A DNA stretch of 32,000 nt from Synechococcus sp. A15-28 (lineage in GTDB: Bacteria > Cyanobacteriota > Cyanobacteriia > PCC-6307 > Cyanobiaceae), in contig NZ_CP047931.1 of NCBI RefSeq assembly GCF_014280175.1, positions 450,001 through 482,000 of the forward strand. Reading direction: 5' to 3'. The notes under the pieces were generated by a model. The model did not search any database. It was not told the origin of the DNA and saw nothing but the letters and a program-made list of their open reading frames with translations. How positions within the stretch are numbered: position 1 is the first letter of the stretch; each line of letters opens with the position of its first letter. Of the stretch, positions 9,670 to 21,757 are shown one piece after another. The translations under genes and the position numbers were made by a program.

Positions 9670-10415
9670 GGCGTTGGTTCGTCCAGAAGCATCGGGAGCA
9701 TGTCCCAGGTTGCTCCCACAATGCGATCAGCCCCGGCGTCCTGCAGCTGCCGGTGATACGCCGATACATCGGTGATGTGCGGCGGGGCCACGGCAAAGCT
9801 GCGCCAGGGGAGCTCCGGTCGCCGCTCGCGGGCCTTGAGCACCGTGTGCACGTCGGCCACCGTGTCGCCGATGTAGGCGATCCAGCGGGGAACCTCGCCC
9901 GCACTCAATTGTTCAGCCAAGCGAATCAGGCCGGTGGGATCCGGCTTGTCCGGTGCATCGCCCATGGCGATCAGGGGGGGATCCTTCAGGCCAAGCCGTT
10001 GCTGCAGCACGTAGCGGGCGGAGGGGGGTTCGGCCCCGCTCACAAAGCCCCAACGAATCTGGTGCCGGGTGAGCTGCTCGAAGAAGGCTCGGTCTACCAG
10101 CAGCGGTTCGTCGCCGATGAAGCCTTGCCACTCAGCGGCATCGCCCTCGGGATCACCGCCGAAGTAGAAGCCGCTGAACACGTCGATCAGGGCATTCCGG
10201 CTTGGAACGTCGGTTCCATGGCGACGAAGCAGTTCCAGGCTGGCGTCCCAGTCGTTGTTCCAGGTGCCTTCAGCTTTGAGGGCATCGATGTCCGTCGCCG
10301 ATGGGCGCCAGCCGCTGTAGTGCTCCACCGTGACCTGAAGGGCGCGTCGGTAGCTGCCGGCCACATCACGGATGACACCGTCGATGTCGAACAGCAGGAT
10401 CGCGGGAGAACTCAG
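9666..10415 (-). CDS. HAD-superfamily IA hydrolase (TIGR01548-like), probable non-canonical start
   Basis: Track ORF starts at GTG 10364, but the in-frame upstream sequence encodes LSSPAILLFDIDGVIRDVAGSYRR with the catalytic DxD; the first plausible start is CTG at 10415. Stop overlaps the cax start. Confidence 0.7.
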   Translation of the reverse strand: MSSPAILLFDIDGVIRDVAGSYRRALQVTVEHYSGWRPSATDIDALKAEGTWNNDWDASLELLRRHGTDVPSRNALIDVFSGFYFGGDPEGDAAEWQGFIGDEPLLVDRAFFEQLTRHQIRWGFVSGAEPPSARYVLQQRLGLKDPPLIAMGDAPDKPDPTGLIRLAEQLSAGEVPRWIAYIGDTVADVHTVLKARERRPELPWRSFAVAPPHITDVSAYHRQLQDAGADRIVGATWDMLPMLLDEPTP

Positions 10416-10453
10416 GGGTTTGGTTTTGAGCGGCTGGTAGGTTAGTCGTTTGA

Positions 10454-11017
<564 letters not shown>

Positions 11018-11045
11018 TTCAAACGGTTTGTTTTTGAGTGATGAA

Positions 11046-11074
11046 GAACCCCGCCGCAAGGTGGGGCTTTTTTA
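11046..11074 (+). terminator. Rho-independent terminator of the PSRP-3 gene
   Basis: CCCCGCC-GCAA-GGTGGGG stem-loop followed by CTTTTTTAT. Confidence 0.85.
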
Positions 11075-11080
11075 TCTCAT

Positions 11081-11105
11081 AAAAAAGCCGGGACTCATCC
11101 CGGCT
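11081..11105 (-). terminator. Rho-independent terminator of atpC
   Basis: On the minus strand GCCGGGA-TGAG-TCCCGGC followed by TTTTTT; abuts the convergent terminator. Confidence 0.85.
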
Positions 11106-11133
11106 GATTGATCAGATTGTTTGGCGGATGTGC

Positions 11134-11544
11134 TCAATCTGCAGACTTGCTGGCCTGCATGCGAGCGCGCGCTTCATTCAGCTGTTGCTGAGCTTTGACC
11201 TTTTCAGGGGAAGCCGGCTGACCTTCCATGCCATCCACCACGGTGGACGCTTTCTGGAAGTCGGCTTCAGCTGCACTGCCGTCGATGGTGCTGCCCAGTT
11301 CGGCTTTGTTCACCAACACGGTGACTTCATCAGCATCCACTTCCGCAAAGCCTCCCATGAGCGCGATGGAGTTCCAGCCGCCGTTGGAGCGAACACGGAG
11401 AACCCCAACGTCAATGGCGGTGAGGAGGGAAATATGGCCAGGCAGGATGCCGAGCTGACCGGTGGTGCTGGGCAGGATCACCTCATCGGCGCTGCCATCA
11501 AAGACGTTCTGGTCAGGTGCCAGCACGCGGAGGGTGAGGGACAT
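11134..11544 (-). CDS. atpC: ATP synthase F1 epsilon subunit
   Basis: MSLTLRVLAPDQNVFDGSADEVILPSTTGQLGILPGHISLLTAIDVGVLRV. Confidence 0.97.
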   Translation of the reverse strand: MSLTLRVLAPDQNVFDGSADEVILPSTTGQLGILPGHISLLTAIDVGVLRVRSNGGWNSIALMGGFAEVDADEVTVLVNKAELGSTIDGSAAEADFQKASTVVDGMEGQPASPEKVKAQQQLNEARARMQASKSAD

Positions 11545-11618
11545 GAACCTTGGTTCGGAGGGAGAAAGGGACGTCGGACAACAAGTGAATGGGGGTGTGC
11601 ATCACACCCCCATCAGGA

Positions 11619-13142
<1,524 letters not shown>

Positions 13143-13170
13143 TTACCACTGCTGAGCCTGCACTCCTCCG

Positions 13171-13186
13171 GTTCGGTCAACCGCAC
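13171..13186 (+). promoter_or_regulatory. K-box-like element upstream of groES
   Basis: GTTCGG-TCAA-CCGCAC matches the consensus GTTCGG-NNAN-CCNNAC described for cyanobacterial groE promoters at every defined position. Confidence 0.7.
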
Positions 13187-13224
13187 AGGTCGGCGCTGGT
13201 GAGAGGGGTGCTCGCTTGCATACG

Positions 13225-13251
13225 TTGGCAGTCATCGACTCCGAGTGCCAG
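13225..13251 (+). promoter_or_regulatory. CIRCE operator (HrcA-binding site) upstream of groESL
   Basis: TTGGCAGTC-N9-GAGTGCCAG compared with CIRCE TTAGCACTC-N9-GAGTGCTAA; exact 9-nt spacing, 7/9 arm pairing, 51 nt upstream of the groES ATG. Confidence 0.87.
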
Positions 13252-13301
13252 CTCGCGTCGAATCGGCGTTTCGGCGCCCTGTCCTTGCTTCTGCATTACC
13301 C

Positions 13302-13613
13302 ATGGCAGCTGTTTCTCTCAGCGTCTCCACCGTCAAGCCCCTGGGCGACCGCGTTTTCGTCAAAGTCTCCGAATCCGAGGAGAAGACTGCGGGCGGCATC
13401 CTTCTGCCCGATACCGCCAAGGAAAAGCCCCAGGTGGGTGAAGTGGTCCAGATCGGCCCCGGCAAGCGCAACGACGACGGCAGCCGTCAGGCTCCCGAAG
13501 TCGGCGTCGGCGACAAGGTGCTCTACAGCAAGTACGCCGGCACCGACGTCAAGCTGGGTAGCGACGAGTACGTCCTGCTCACCGAAAAGGACATCCTGGC
13601 CATCGTCAACTGA
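13302..13613 (+). CDS. groES: Co-chaperonin GroES
   Basis: [49 protein letters not shown]...; start at the internal ATG 13302. Confidence 0.96.
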   Translation: MAAVSLSVSTVKPLGDRVFVKVSESEEKTAGGILLPDTAKEKPQVGEVVQIGPGKRNDDGSRQAPEVGVGDKVLYSKYAGTDVKLGSDEYVLLTEKDILAIVN

Positions 13614-13658
13614 GACGGGACCCGGACCTCAGCGTTTTTGAACACCTCCATTTATTAG

Positions 13659-15305
<1,647 letters not shown>

Positions 15306-15365
15306 AGCAATCAGAGAGGCTCTAGGGGCTACCCAACCCTTTGCCTTTGGTCTTCAAAAACATTT

Positions 15366-15390
15366 GGGATGCTCCGGCATCCCTTTTTTA
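15366..15390 (+). terminator. Rho-independent terminator of groEL
   Basis: GGGATGC-TCCG-GCATCCC followed by TTTTTTA. Confidence 0.9.
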
Positions 15391-15531
15391 TTGCCTGCTC
15401 TTGGGGGGGGGATGCGTGAAAAGCATCTAAATAATGCGAAGCAGACTAAATTATGCTGCTGATATTACAATCTACCACCCTTGAAAATCTTCTACGTCTC
15501 AACACGCATGAAGTTGCAATCGCAGTGATCC

Positions 15532-15568
15532 TATTTCACCCCAAAGCAAATTGCTTTAGGGTGAAATA
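15532..15568. repeat. 37-nt near-perfect palindrome in the AT-rich intergenic region
   Basis: TATTTCACCCCAAAGCAA-A-TTGCTTTAGGGTGAAATA; 18-nt arms with one mismatch (15542 C vs 15558 A) and a 1-nt centre. Confidence 0.85.
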
Positions 15569-16009
15569 TGTTGTTTGATTTATGTGGTATTCATATATAG
15601 TAATGATATGGCTTCAACTGCGTCACCTATTCGCGTTTTTTAGTGGCTTGTATGCATTTTGAGGTTAGCTCTACGATTATTGCGATGCCGTGGTTTTGGT
15701 GTATCGCTATTGCTCCACTGAAGCAACAACAAATTTTTTCGAGATGACGTCCCTAAGTTTATATAAGCTCATGTACTACAAAAGGTCATTAGGATCGTTG
15801 GCTTTGTAACTATTGGTTGTTTAGCGCGACACGTATGCAAACGAATTCTTTAAATTACAATTACCATAGCATCTTTTGGCGATTGAGAAAAATTAATTGT
15901 TACTTTTACTTCCCTTCGAAACTGGTACGTAAATAATTGAATCTATTGCAGCCCGGAACTAATGATGCTTGCAAGAGTTCATAATGATTTCCTTGGACGC
16001 ATTTGCTAA

Positions 16010-16795
16010 TTAAGTAACATCTTTCACGACAATGCAGGAGTGCTTGATAAAGCTTATCATTGCTATTGATTGCAGATAGTCTTCTTCACTTTGCAACAAA
16101 CTTTTCAACGATTTGACGTCTGCAATAGTCAAACCAAGATTTTCCAAAAAGTTTTCGTCACTCGGATGTTCCCGGCGATCACCTGTTAGACGGCTTGCAA
16201 GGTATTGAAAAAAGCTGAAGGCGTCTAGTTTTTCTTTTCGTGCAAGTCCATGCCCTTGTCGAAATGAACCAAATGATGTATGAATGTCCTCAATGATATA
16301 GATACCGCCTTTATTTACTGTTTTAAATAATCTTTCGAAGCACTTGATTTGATGGTCCCAGTGATGAGAGGCGTCATCGATCACGATGTCATATGAATGG
16401 TCTTGAAGGGTATATAAAAATTTCTCATTGCCTAGGTCTCCGACAAAAGTTTTTACGTTTGGTATTAAATCCAGTTGTGTTGCAGATGATTTTATGTCGG
16501 CAATAAAAATCTCTGAGTTGTCTCCAAAATATCTTGACCATATTTTTGCAGATGCGCCAATGTTCCATTCCGGTCCTGCTCCAAGCTCGAGCAATGAGAT
16601 GTCCTTTTTCCCACGAAATTGCTTGAAAAAAATTTCATATTTCCTGAGATAATCATGCCCTTCCCCGCGAGATGAAAATCGTATATCTTTGCTTTGACTC
16701 CGATCTTTTGATGCTTTGTCACAGTTGTGCTCTAGGCCAAGTTGATCAAGTTCACTTTGGGAAGTTGGTATAATTAACAACTGCCAAGTGCTCAA
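16010..16795 (-). CDS. Class I SAM-dependent methyltransferase, resembling macrocin/mycinamicin O-methyltransferase-like proteins
   Basis: SLLELGAGPEWNIGASAKIWSRYFGDNSEIFIADI (motif I region), DIVIDDASHHWDHQIKCFERLFKTVNKGGIYIIEDIHTSF. Confidence 0.8.
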   Translation of the reverse strand: MSTWQLLIIPTSQSELDQLGLEHNCDKASKDRSQSKDIRFSSRGEGHDYLRKYEIFFKQFRGKKDISLLELGAGPEWNIGASAKIWSRYFGDNSEIFIADIKSSATQLDLIPNVKTFVGDLGNEKFLYTLQDHSYDIVIDDASHHWDHQIKCFERLFKTVNKGGIYIIEDIHTSFGSFRQGHGLARKEKLDAFSFFQYLASRLTGDRREHPSDENFLENLGLTIADVKSLKSLLQSEEDYLQSIAMISFIKHSCIVVKDVT

Positions 16796-16879
16796 ATTAC
16801 AGTGCTCAATTTTATGTGAAAAAGTAGTGCACCTGGATGCCGGCCATGATATTGTATTAAAGCATCACATAATCAGTAT

Positions 16880-18349
16880 TTGAATCCTCGTAACGCCGGG
16901 GCGTTGGATGTATGCAGTCGTGATTTAATTGCGGGTTGGTTTTCTGTCGAGACTGGCACAGTGAGTCTCTCAATTGAAGGAATCTTATTTTCTCTTCAGG
17001 CTTCAATAAATCGACCTGATGTAGCTGCACATGGATTTCCCCTAAAGTCTGGCTTTCGTCTTAAAAGACAAAAGCACACAAAAATCTTTCGGTGGCTCGA
17101 CCATTGCTTGCAGAATCATCATGCAAGTATTCAATTAAGATGTTCTGCTAATAGTCCGTTGTGTTTGGCTGAGCGTCAGGTAACTCATAAATCTGACATT
17201 TATCGGAGAGTAAAAACAACAAAATTTGGTGATGAATTGTTTCATTTGTTGGAAGGATCTAAAGTATTAAATTACGACGGTCAAGCGCAGCAGGACGACC
17301 CCTATACAGCCCTACATCTTGGTTTAAGTGAAAAATTAACGGCTTCATGCTGTATTGACGCCTATGTCACCTCCACTTATGGAGTATTTGATCGTCTTGG
17401 CTATCCCTTTCAGGCTGGATTTCTTTGGCGCGGTTGTCGGAATGATGGAATTGAGGATTATCCCTTTGGTAAACCAAGAAAAGTACTAGTTTTCAAGCAA
17501 AGAAGAGTTCGCGCATTTGATCGAGGACTATACATAAGTGCTCTTATACTTAATCACTTTGGACACACATTGACGGAAGGGCTGTCGAGCTTATATCCGC
17601 TATTGTTGTGGAAAAATCAAGGCTTCGACCTTTCAAAAATAACAATTGTCATACCATTTGCATTTAGAAATGAAATTCGCAAATTGGCTGAGTTGTTAGC
17701 AATCCCTGAGGAGTCTTTTGTTTTCCCTGAAGATGAAAGCCAGTTTCTTTATTTTAAAGCTTTGTATATCCCTGACCCGACGATGGTTAATCGACGTTTT
17801 GTATCGCCTATGCATAGCAGTATTGTTAATGCTTATTTCACTTTGTTGAATGCTAATGAAGACTCCAGACCTGTTGGAATTCGAAGTTTTACGGGATCTA
17901 CTAAAGTTTATATTTCGCGGTCCGCTTTGGTTTCACCAAGTAGTCGAAATTACTCTGAGGAAAAGCAGCTAGAGCAACTACTGCAAGCTCGTGGATGGGC
18001 TATTTTTCATCCTCAGGATTATTCTCTTAAGGAACAGTTGGCTGTTTATCGAGGTTCTCAATTTCTTTGTGGTATTGACGGTAGTGCATTTCATGCACTA
18101 TTTGGCTTGAAGAGGATTACCGCAAAAATAATATTACTTACAGAGTCTGAATTTTTGGATAAAGTTTCACCATCATGGAATTATATTTTGCAATTTAACT
18201 CGCAGGGTGTTGACTGGCTGTCGCTGTGCTGCTTTGTCCGTAAAGGACTAAGTCTTCTACTTGATCAAAGCTCATATCAATCGAATCTAATTCTTGCTGA
18301 ACGAATAGATGAGCTCGCAGAGTTTAATTGTGCTGAGCCCAAGAATTGA
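16880..18349 (+). CDS. GT61/DUF563-like glycosyltransferase with an N-terminal accessory domain
   Basis: C-terminal half: LILNHFGHTLTEGLSSLYPLLLW, STKVYISRSALVSPSSRNYSEEKQLEQLLQARGWAIFHPQDYSLKEQLAVYRGSQFLCGIDGSAFHALFG. Start is TTG and uncertain. Confidence 0.78.
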   Translation: MNPRNAGALDVCSRDLIAGWFSVETGTVSLSIEGILFSLQASINRPDVAAHGFPLKSGFRLKRQKHTKIFRWLDHCLQNHHASIQLRCSANSPLCLAERQVTHKSDIYRRVKTTKFGDELFHLLEGSKVLNYDGQAQQDDPYTALHLGLSEKLTASCCIDAYVTSTYGVFDRLGYPFQAGFLWRGCRNDGIEDYPFGKPRKVLVFKQRRVRAFDRGLYISALILNHFGHTLTEGLSSLYPLLLWKNQGFDLSKITIVIPFAFRNEIRKLAELLAIPEESFVFPEDESQFLYFKALYIPDPTMVNRRFVSPMHSSIVNAYFTLLNANEDSRPVGIRSFTGSTKVYISRSALVSPSSRNYSEEKQLEQLLQARGWAIFHPQDYSLKEQLAVYRGSQFLCGIDGSAFHALFGLKRITAKIILLTESEFLDKVSPSWNYILQFNSQGVDWLSLCCFVRKGLSLLLDQSSYQSNLILAERIDELAEFNCAEPKN

Positions 18350-19185
18350 ATCATCTCATAATCTTTTGCGAAAAATTCATTGAATTTGGCTCGAAGTTTT
18401 GGCATTCTTTTGATGAATTCTTTGGCAGCCGTTGATGTAGGTAGCTCTTTTCTCTGGATGAGTGAATATGAGTTGATTTTTGCAAGTCTAGGATTATCTG
18501 ATTTAACCCAGCCTGAATCGGGCAATGTTGTGACGTTGATTTTTGGAGGCATGTAGCTGAGATCTAGATGTGAATTCACGAGTTTAAGATCGTCTTGAAA
18601 GTTTTCAATTCGAAGCTGAAGTAATTGAACATTTAACTCTTTAGCGCTTAATATTGTGTGTAATGACTTGGTGTCGGTTATTTGCGGTCTGAAATGTGAA
18701 TTAAGTGCCTGGGGATTGTCTTTATTGGAGGAGATATACCGCAAAAAATTCCTAAATGATAATCCAAAATGACCTTCGCTATTGATGAACGTTTCCTTCT
18801 TATTTCCGCTCTTTGCCTTTCTGATTTCGTGCGTCTTCTCTTCGATGATCTTTTCTAGAAATTGTCTTGAAAAACCTTCGAGGCTGTTGTATTTGTCAAT
18901 GGCCTTTCCTGTGTAGACCACAAATTTATTTATATAGCTACTCAGCATCCGGCTAACTGGGTCTCGTGTTGTCACGATGAGCGTCTTTACACTGCCGGCC
19001 TCAATGAGTCCAGGAAGTTGGGATAGATGAAAGTTGTAGCCTTCGCGCTGTAGAAAGAGCCTTTTGTCGCCTGGAATATTTTTGCGATCCAAAGCATTGG
19101 TGCACCAGTGGCCTAATGATGTGCATGCGCACTTCTCGCTCCAGGTAATTGCTGCTCTCTTGCCCGGAATGAAGTAAAAATTCAT
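18277..19185 (-). CDS. Carbohydrate sulfotransferase (Sulfotransfer_2-like)
   Basis: SEKCACTSLGHW (5'-PAPS-binding-like) and LIVTTRDPVSRMLSSYINKFV (3'-phosphate-binding-like) motifs. Confidence 0.75.
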   Translation of the reverse strand: MNFYFIPGKRAAITWSEKCACTSLGHWCTNALDRKNIPGDKRLFLQREGYNFHLSQLPGLIEAGSVKTLIVTTRDPVSRMLSSYINKFVVYTGKAIDKYNSLEGFSRQFLEKIIEEKTHEIRKAKSGNKKETFINSEGHFGLSFRNFLRYISSNKDNPQALNSHFRPQITDTKSLHTILSAKELNVQLLQLRIENFQDDLKLVNSHLDLSYMPPKINVTTLPDSGWVKSDNPRLAKINSYSLIQRKELPTSTAAKEFIKRMPKLRAKFNEFFAKDYEMIQFLGSAQLNSASSSIRSARIRFD

Positions 19186-19228
19186 GAATTAAATCAGCGT
19201 TTTGTGTGGTCGTTCGGGTCTCCAGGTC

Positions 19229-19459
19229 TTATCCCAGCCATCCAGCGCTCAAAATGACAGCCAAGCTCAGAAAGATGGCCAGGCAGGTCCAGGTGACGCG
19301 GTTCAGGGTGGCTTCGGCGCTGCTGGCGCTGCTGAACATCGAGCTGCCGCTGGCTGCCAGGCCGCCCATGCCGTCCCCTTTGGGGCTGTGGAGGAGCACA
19401 AGAACGATCAGCAGAAGACCGCTGCCGATCCAGGTCCAGGACAGGATGGACGTGAGCAT
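19229..19459 (-). CDS. secG: Preprotein translocase subunit SecG
   Basis: Two TM segments around LLLIVLVLLHSPKGDGMGGLAASGSSMFSSASSAEATLNRVTW. Confidence 0.92.
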   Translation of the reverse strand: MLTSILSWTWIGSGLLLIVLVLLHSPKGDGMGGLAASGSSMFSSASSAEATLNRVTWTCLAIFLSLAVILSAGWLG

Positions 19460-21048
19460 CAGACGGGAAGAGGTAAACGGGCCGACAGTGGCGACGGGTC
19501 GACGTTGGTCACTGGTTCAATCAGGCTACGGCCTGTCATTGCTTCCGGTTGAGGCAGGTTGAGGATCTGCAGCAGGGTGGGAGCAATATCGGCGAGTCCG
19601 CCATCGCTGCGCAGTGTTATGGCGTTGCCGTAGCCGGGAAGCTTGCGCTGTTCACCCTCCACAAGAATGCAGGGAACCGGGTTGGTGGTGTGGGCCGTCC
19701 AGGCCTGACCGTCGGGACCTTGCATCAACTCGGCGTTGCCATGGTCCGCCGTGATCAACATCGTGCCGCCACGGCGGCCGACGGAATCCAGCAGGCGACC
19801 GACGCAGCGATCGACTGTGGCGATGGCCTCGGTGGCCGCATCCATCACCCCGGTGTGTCCCACCATGTCCGGGTTTGCGTAGTTAATCACGATCAGGCTG
19901 TAGGTGCCCTGGTTGATCGCGGCAATACAGCTGTCCGTGAGCTGGTCGGCAGACATGGCCGGTGAGAGGTCATAGGTGGCCACCCGCGGTGAGGGCACCA
20001 GATGCCGCTCTTCCCCCGGCAGCGGTTGCTCGATGCCACCGTTCATGAAGTAGGTGACGTGGGGATACTTTTCGGTTTCTGCCGTGCGGTACTGACGCAA
20101 CCCGGCACCGGCCACCACCTGACCCAGCAGATCGTCCAGGGGTTCAGGGGGGAAGGCCACGTCCACCGGTAAGTCCTGCTCCACCTGGGTGAAGGTGACC
20201 ACCTCCAGCTTTGGTGCATGCCGGCGCTCAAAGCCGTCGAAGTCCGGCAGGCAGAGCGTCTGGACAATCTGGCGCGCTCGGTCCGGGCGGAAGTTGAACA
20301 TCAGAACGCTGTCGCCGTCCTGCATCACGTCGCTGCTCAGGCGCACCGGCTCGAGGAACTCATCGGTGATGCCAGCGGCGTAGCTCTCGGCCAGCAGCTG
20401 CTGCGGGCTCAGGTCGCTGACAGGACGAGTGGGATCGGTATACAGGTCGTAGGCCTTCTCCGTGCGATCCCAGCGCTTGTCTCGATCCATGGCCCAGTAA
20501 CGGCCGCAGATGCTGGCCAGATGACCGACCCCAGCTTCCTCAATCGCCTTTTGCATCAGGGTGATTGAACCCATCGCGCTCTGGGTGGGCGTGTCGCGGC
20601 CATCGGTGATGGCATGGATGGCCACCTTCTGGATGCCGGCCGCAGCGGCCCAGTGGATCAGTCCGCAGAGATGGTTGACGTGGCTGTGAACGCCACCATC
20701 GGAGCAGAGCCCCAGCAGGTGAAGGGTTCCATGGCCGTTGCGCACGCGCTCCGCCAGCTTGGCCAGCGCGGGGGTGTCCTTCAACTGGTCGTCGCGCACG
20801 GTGTCGCTGATCCGCACCAGCTCCTGGCGGATGATCCGTCCCGCACCGATGGTGAGGTGCCCGACCTCGGAATTTCCCATCTGCTGATCCGGCAGTCCCA
20901 CATGGGATCCGCTGGCCTGGATCAGGGTGTGCGGATAGGCATGCCACAGCGCTTCCATCACCGGCGTGTCGCTCTGGCGAATGGCGTTGTGTTCGCTGTC
21001 GTTGCGGTGTCCCCAGCCATCCAAAATGGTGAGAACGACCGGGGCCAC
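19459..21048 (-). CDS. gpmI: 2,3-bisphosphoglycerate-independent phosphoglycerate mutase
   Basis: [61 protein letters not shown]; probable GTG start at 21048; stop overlaps the secG start. Confidence 0.95.
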   Translation of the reverse strand: MAPVVLTILDGWGHRNDSEHNAIRQSDTPVMEALWHAYPHTLIQASGSHVGLPDQQMGNSEVGHLTIGAGRIIRQELVRISDTVRDDQLKDTPALAKLAERVRNGHGTLHLLGLCSDGGVHSHVNHLCGLIHWAAAAGIQKVAIHAITDGRDTPTQSAMGSITLMQKAIEEAGVGHLASICGRYWAMDRDKRWDRTEKAYDLYTDPTRPVSDLSPQQLLAESYAAGITDEFLEPVRLSSDVMQDGDSVLMFNFRPDRARQIVQTLCLPDFDGFERRHAPKLEVVTFTQVEQDLPVDVAFPPEPLDDLLGQVVAGAGLRQYRTAETEKYPHVTYFMNGGIEQPLPGEERHLVPSPRVATYDLSPAMSADQLTDSCIAAINQGTYSLIVINYANPDMVGHTGVMDAATEAIATVDRCVGRLLDSVGRRGGTMLITADHGNAELMQGPDGQAWTAHTTNPVPCILVEGEQRKLPGYGNAITLRSDGGLADIAPTLLQILNLPQPEAMTGRSLIEPVTNVDPSPLSARLPLPV

Positions 21049-21196
21049 TCCCAAGTCGCGTCCTGAACCGTTGGAACTGCTCTGGTCCACGTACCCCCCG
21101 CTCTCGTCGGTTCTTAAGGACTTTTGCAGATTCAACTTAACGCTCCATGGGCCGCCAGGCTCGTCTTTCCAGAGATCACCACACCGTCACCGCTCC

Positions 21197-21757
21197 ATGA
21201 CAGAACCGCTGGACACCGATCGGGTCGAAATTCTCTCGGATCGGGAGCTCGGCAGGACCCTGGCCCGCCTGGCCACTCAGGTGCTGGAGAGCGTGGACGA
21301 CAGCCGCACGCTCATGCTTCTGGGCATCCCCACCCGGGGGGTTCAGCTGTCCAAGGTGCTGGCACGGGAGCTGGAGCGGCTCAGCGGCCACGCCATTGCC
21401 CAAGGATCGATCGATCCCACCTTTCACCGGGATGATCTGGAACGGATCGGCACCCGTCTCCCCCAACTCACCACCCTGCCCAACAGCGTCGAAGGCCGGC
21501 AGGTGGTGTTGGTGGATGACGTGATCTTCACCGGGCGGACGGTGCGGGCCGCCCTGGAAGCGCTGCAGAGCTGGGGGCGTGCCCAGCGGGTGATGCTTCT
21601 GGCCATGGTGGATCGCGGCCACCGGGAACTGCCGATCCAGCCTGATTTCTGTGGCCGTGTGGTGCCAACCCGTCGCAGCGAAACCATCGAGCTGCGGTTG
21701 CGGGATGTGGACGGGGAGGAAGGGGTGTTCCTGCGGCGAATCAGCCGGCCGGCGTGA
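21197..21757 (+). CDS. pyrR: PyrR-like bifunctional regulator / uracil phosphoribosyltransferase
   Basis: GIPTRGVQLSKVLARELE, VVLVDDVIFTGRTVRAALEAL PRPP motif, LAMVDRGHRELPIQPDFCGRVVPT. Confidence 0.94.
   Translation: MTEPLDTDRVEILSDRELGRTLARLATQVLESVDDSRTLMLLGIPTRGVQLSKVLARELERLSGHAIAQGSIDPTFHRDDLERIGTRLPQLTTLPNSVEGRQVVLVDDVIFTGRTVRAALEALQSWGRAQRVMLLAMVDRGHRELPIQPDFCGRVVPTRRSETIELRLRDVDGEEGVFLRRISRPA

Noticed and set aside
15366-15390. Hairpin near the island edge considered as an integration site
   Set aside because: GC stem with TTTTTT tail directly after groEL is simply its intrinsic terminator.
16045-16059. TGATAA-AGC-TTATCA 15-nt palindrome
   Set aside because: Short (6-nt arms) and inside the methyltransferase coding region; expected by chance in AT-rich DNA.
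15391-19228. Possible anti-phage defence or toxin-antitoxin system in the accessory block
   Set aside because: The three proteins show methyltransferase, glycosyltransferase and sulfotransferase motifs of surface-glycan type; no nuclease, helicase, TIR, RT or TA signature was seen, and the methyltransferase resembles small-molecule/sugar O-methyltransferases rather than DNA methylases.
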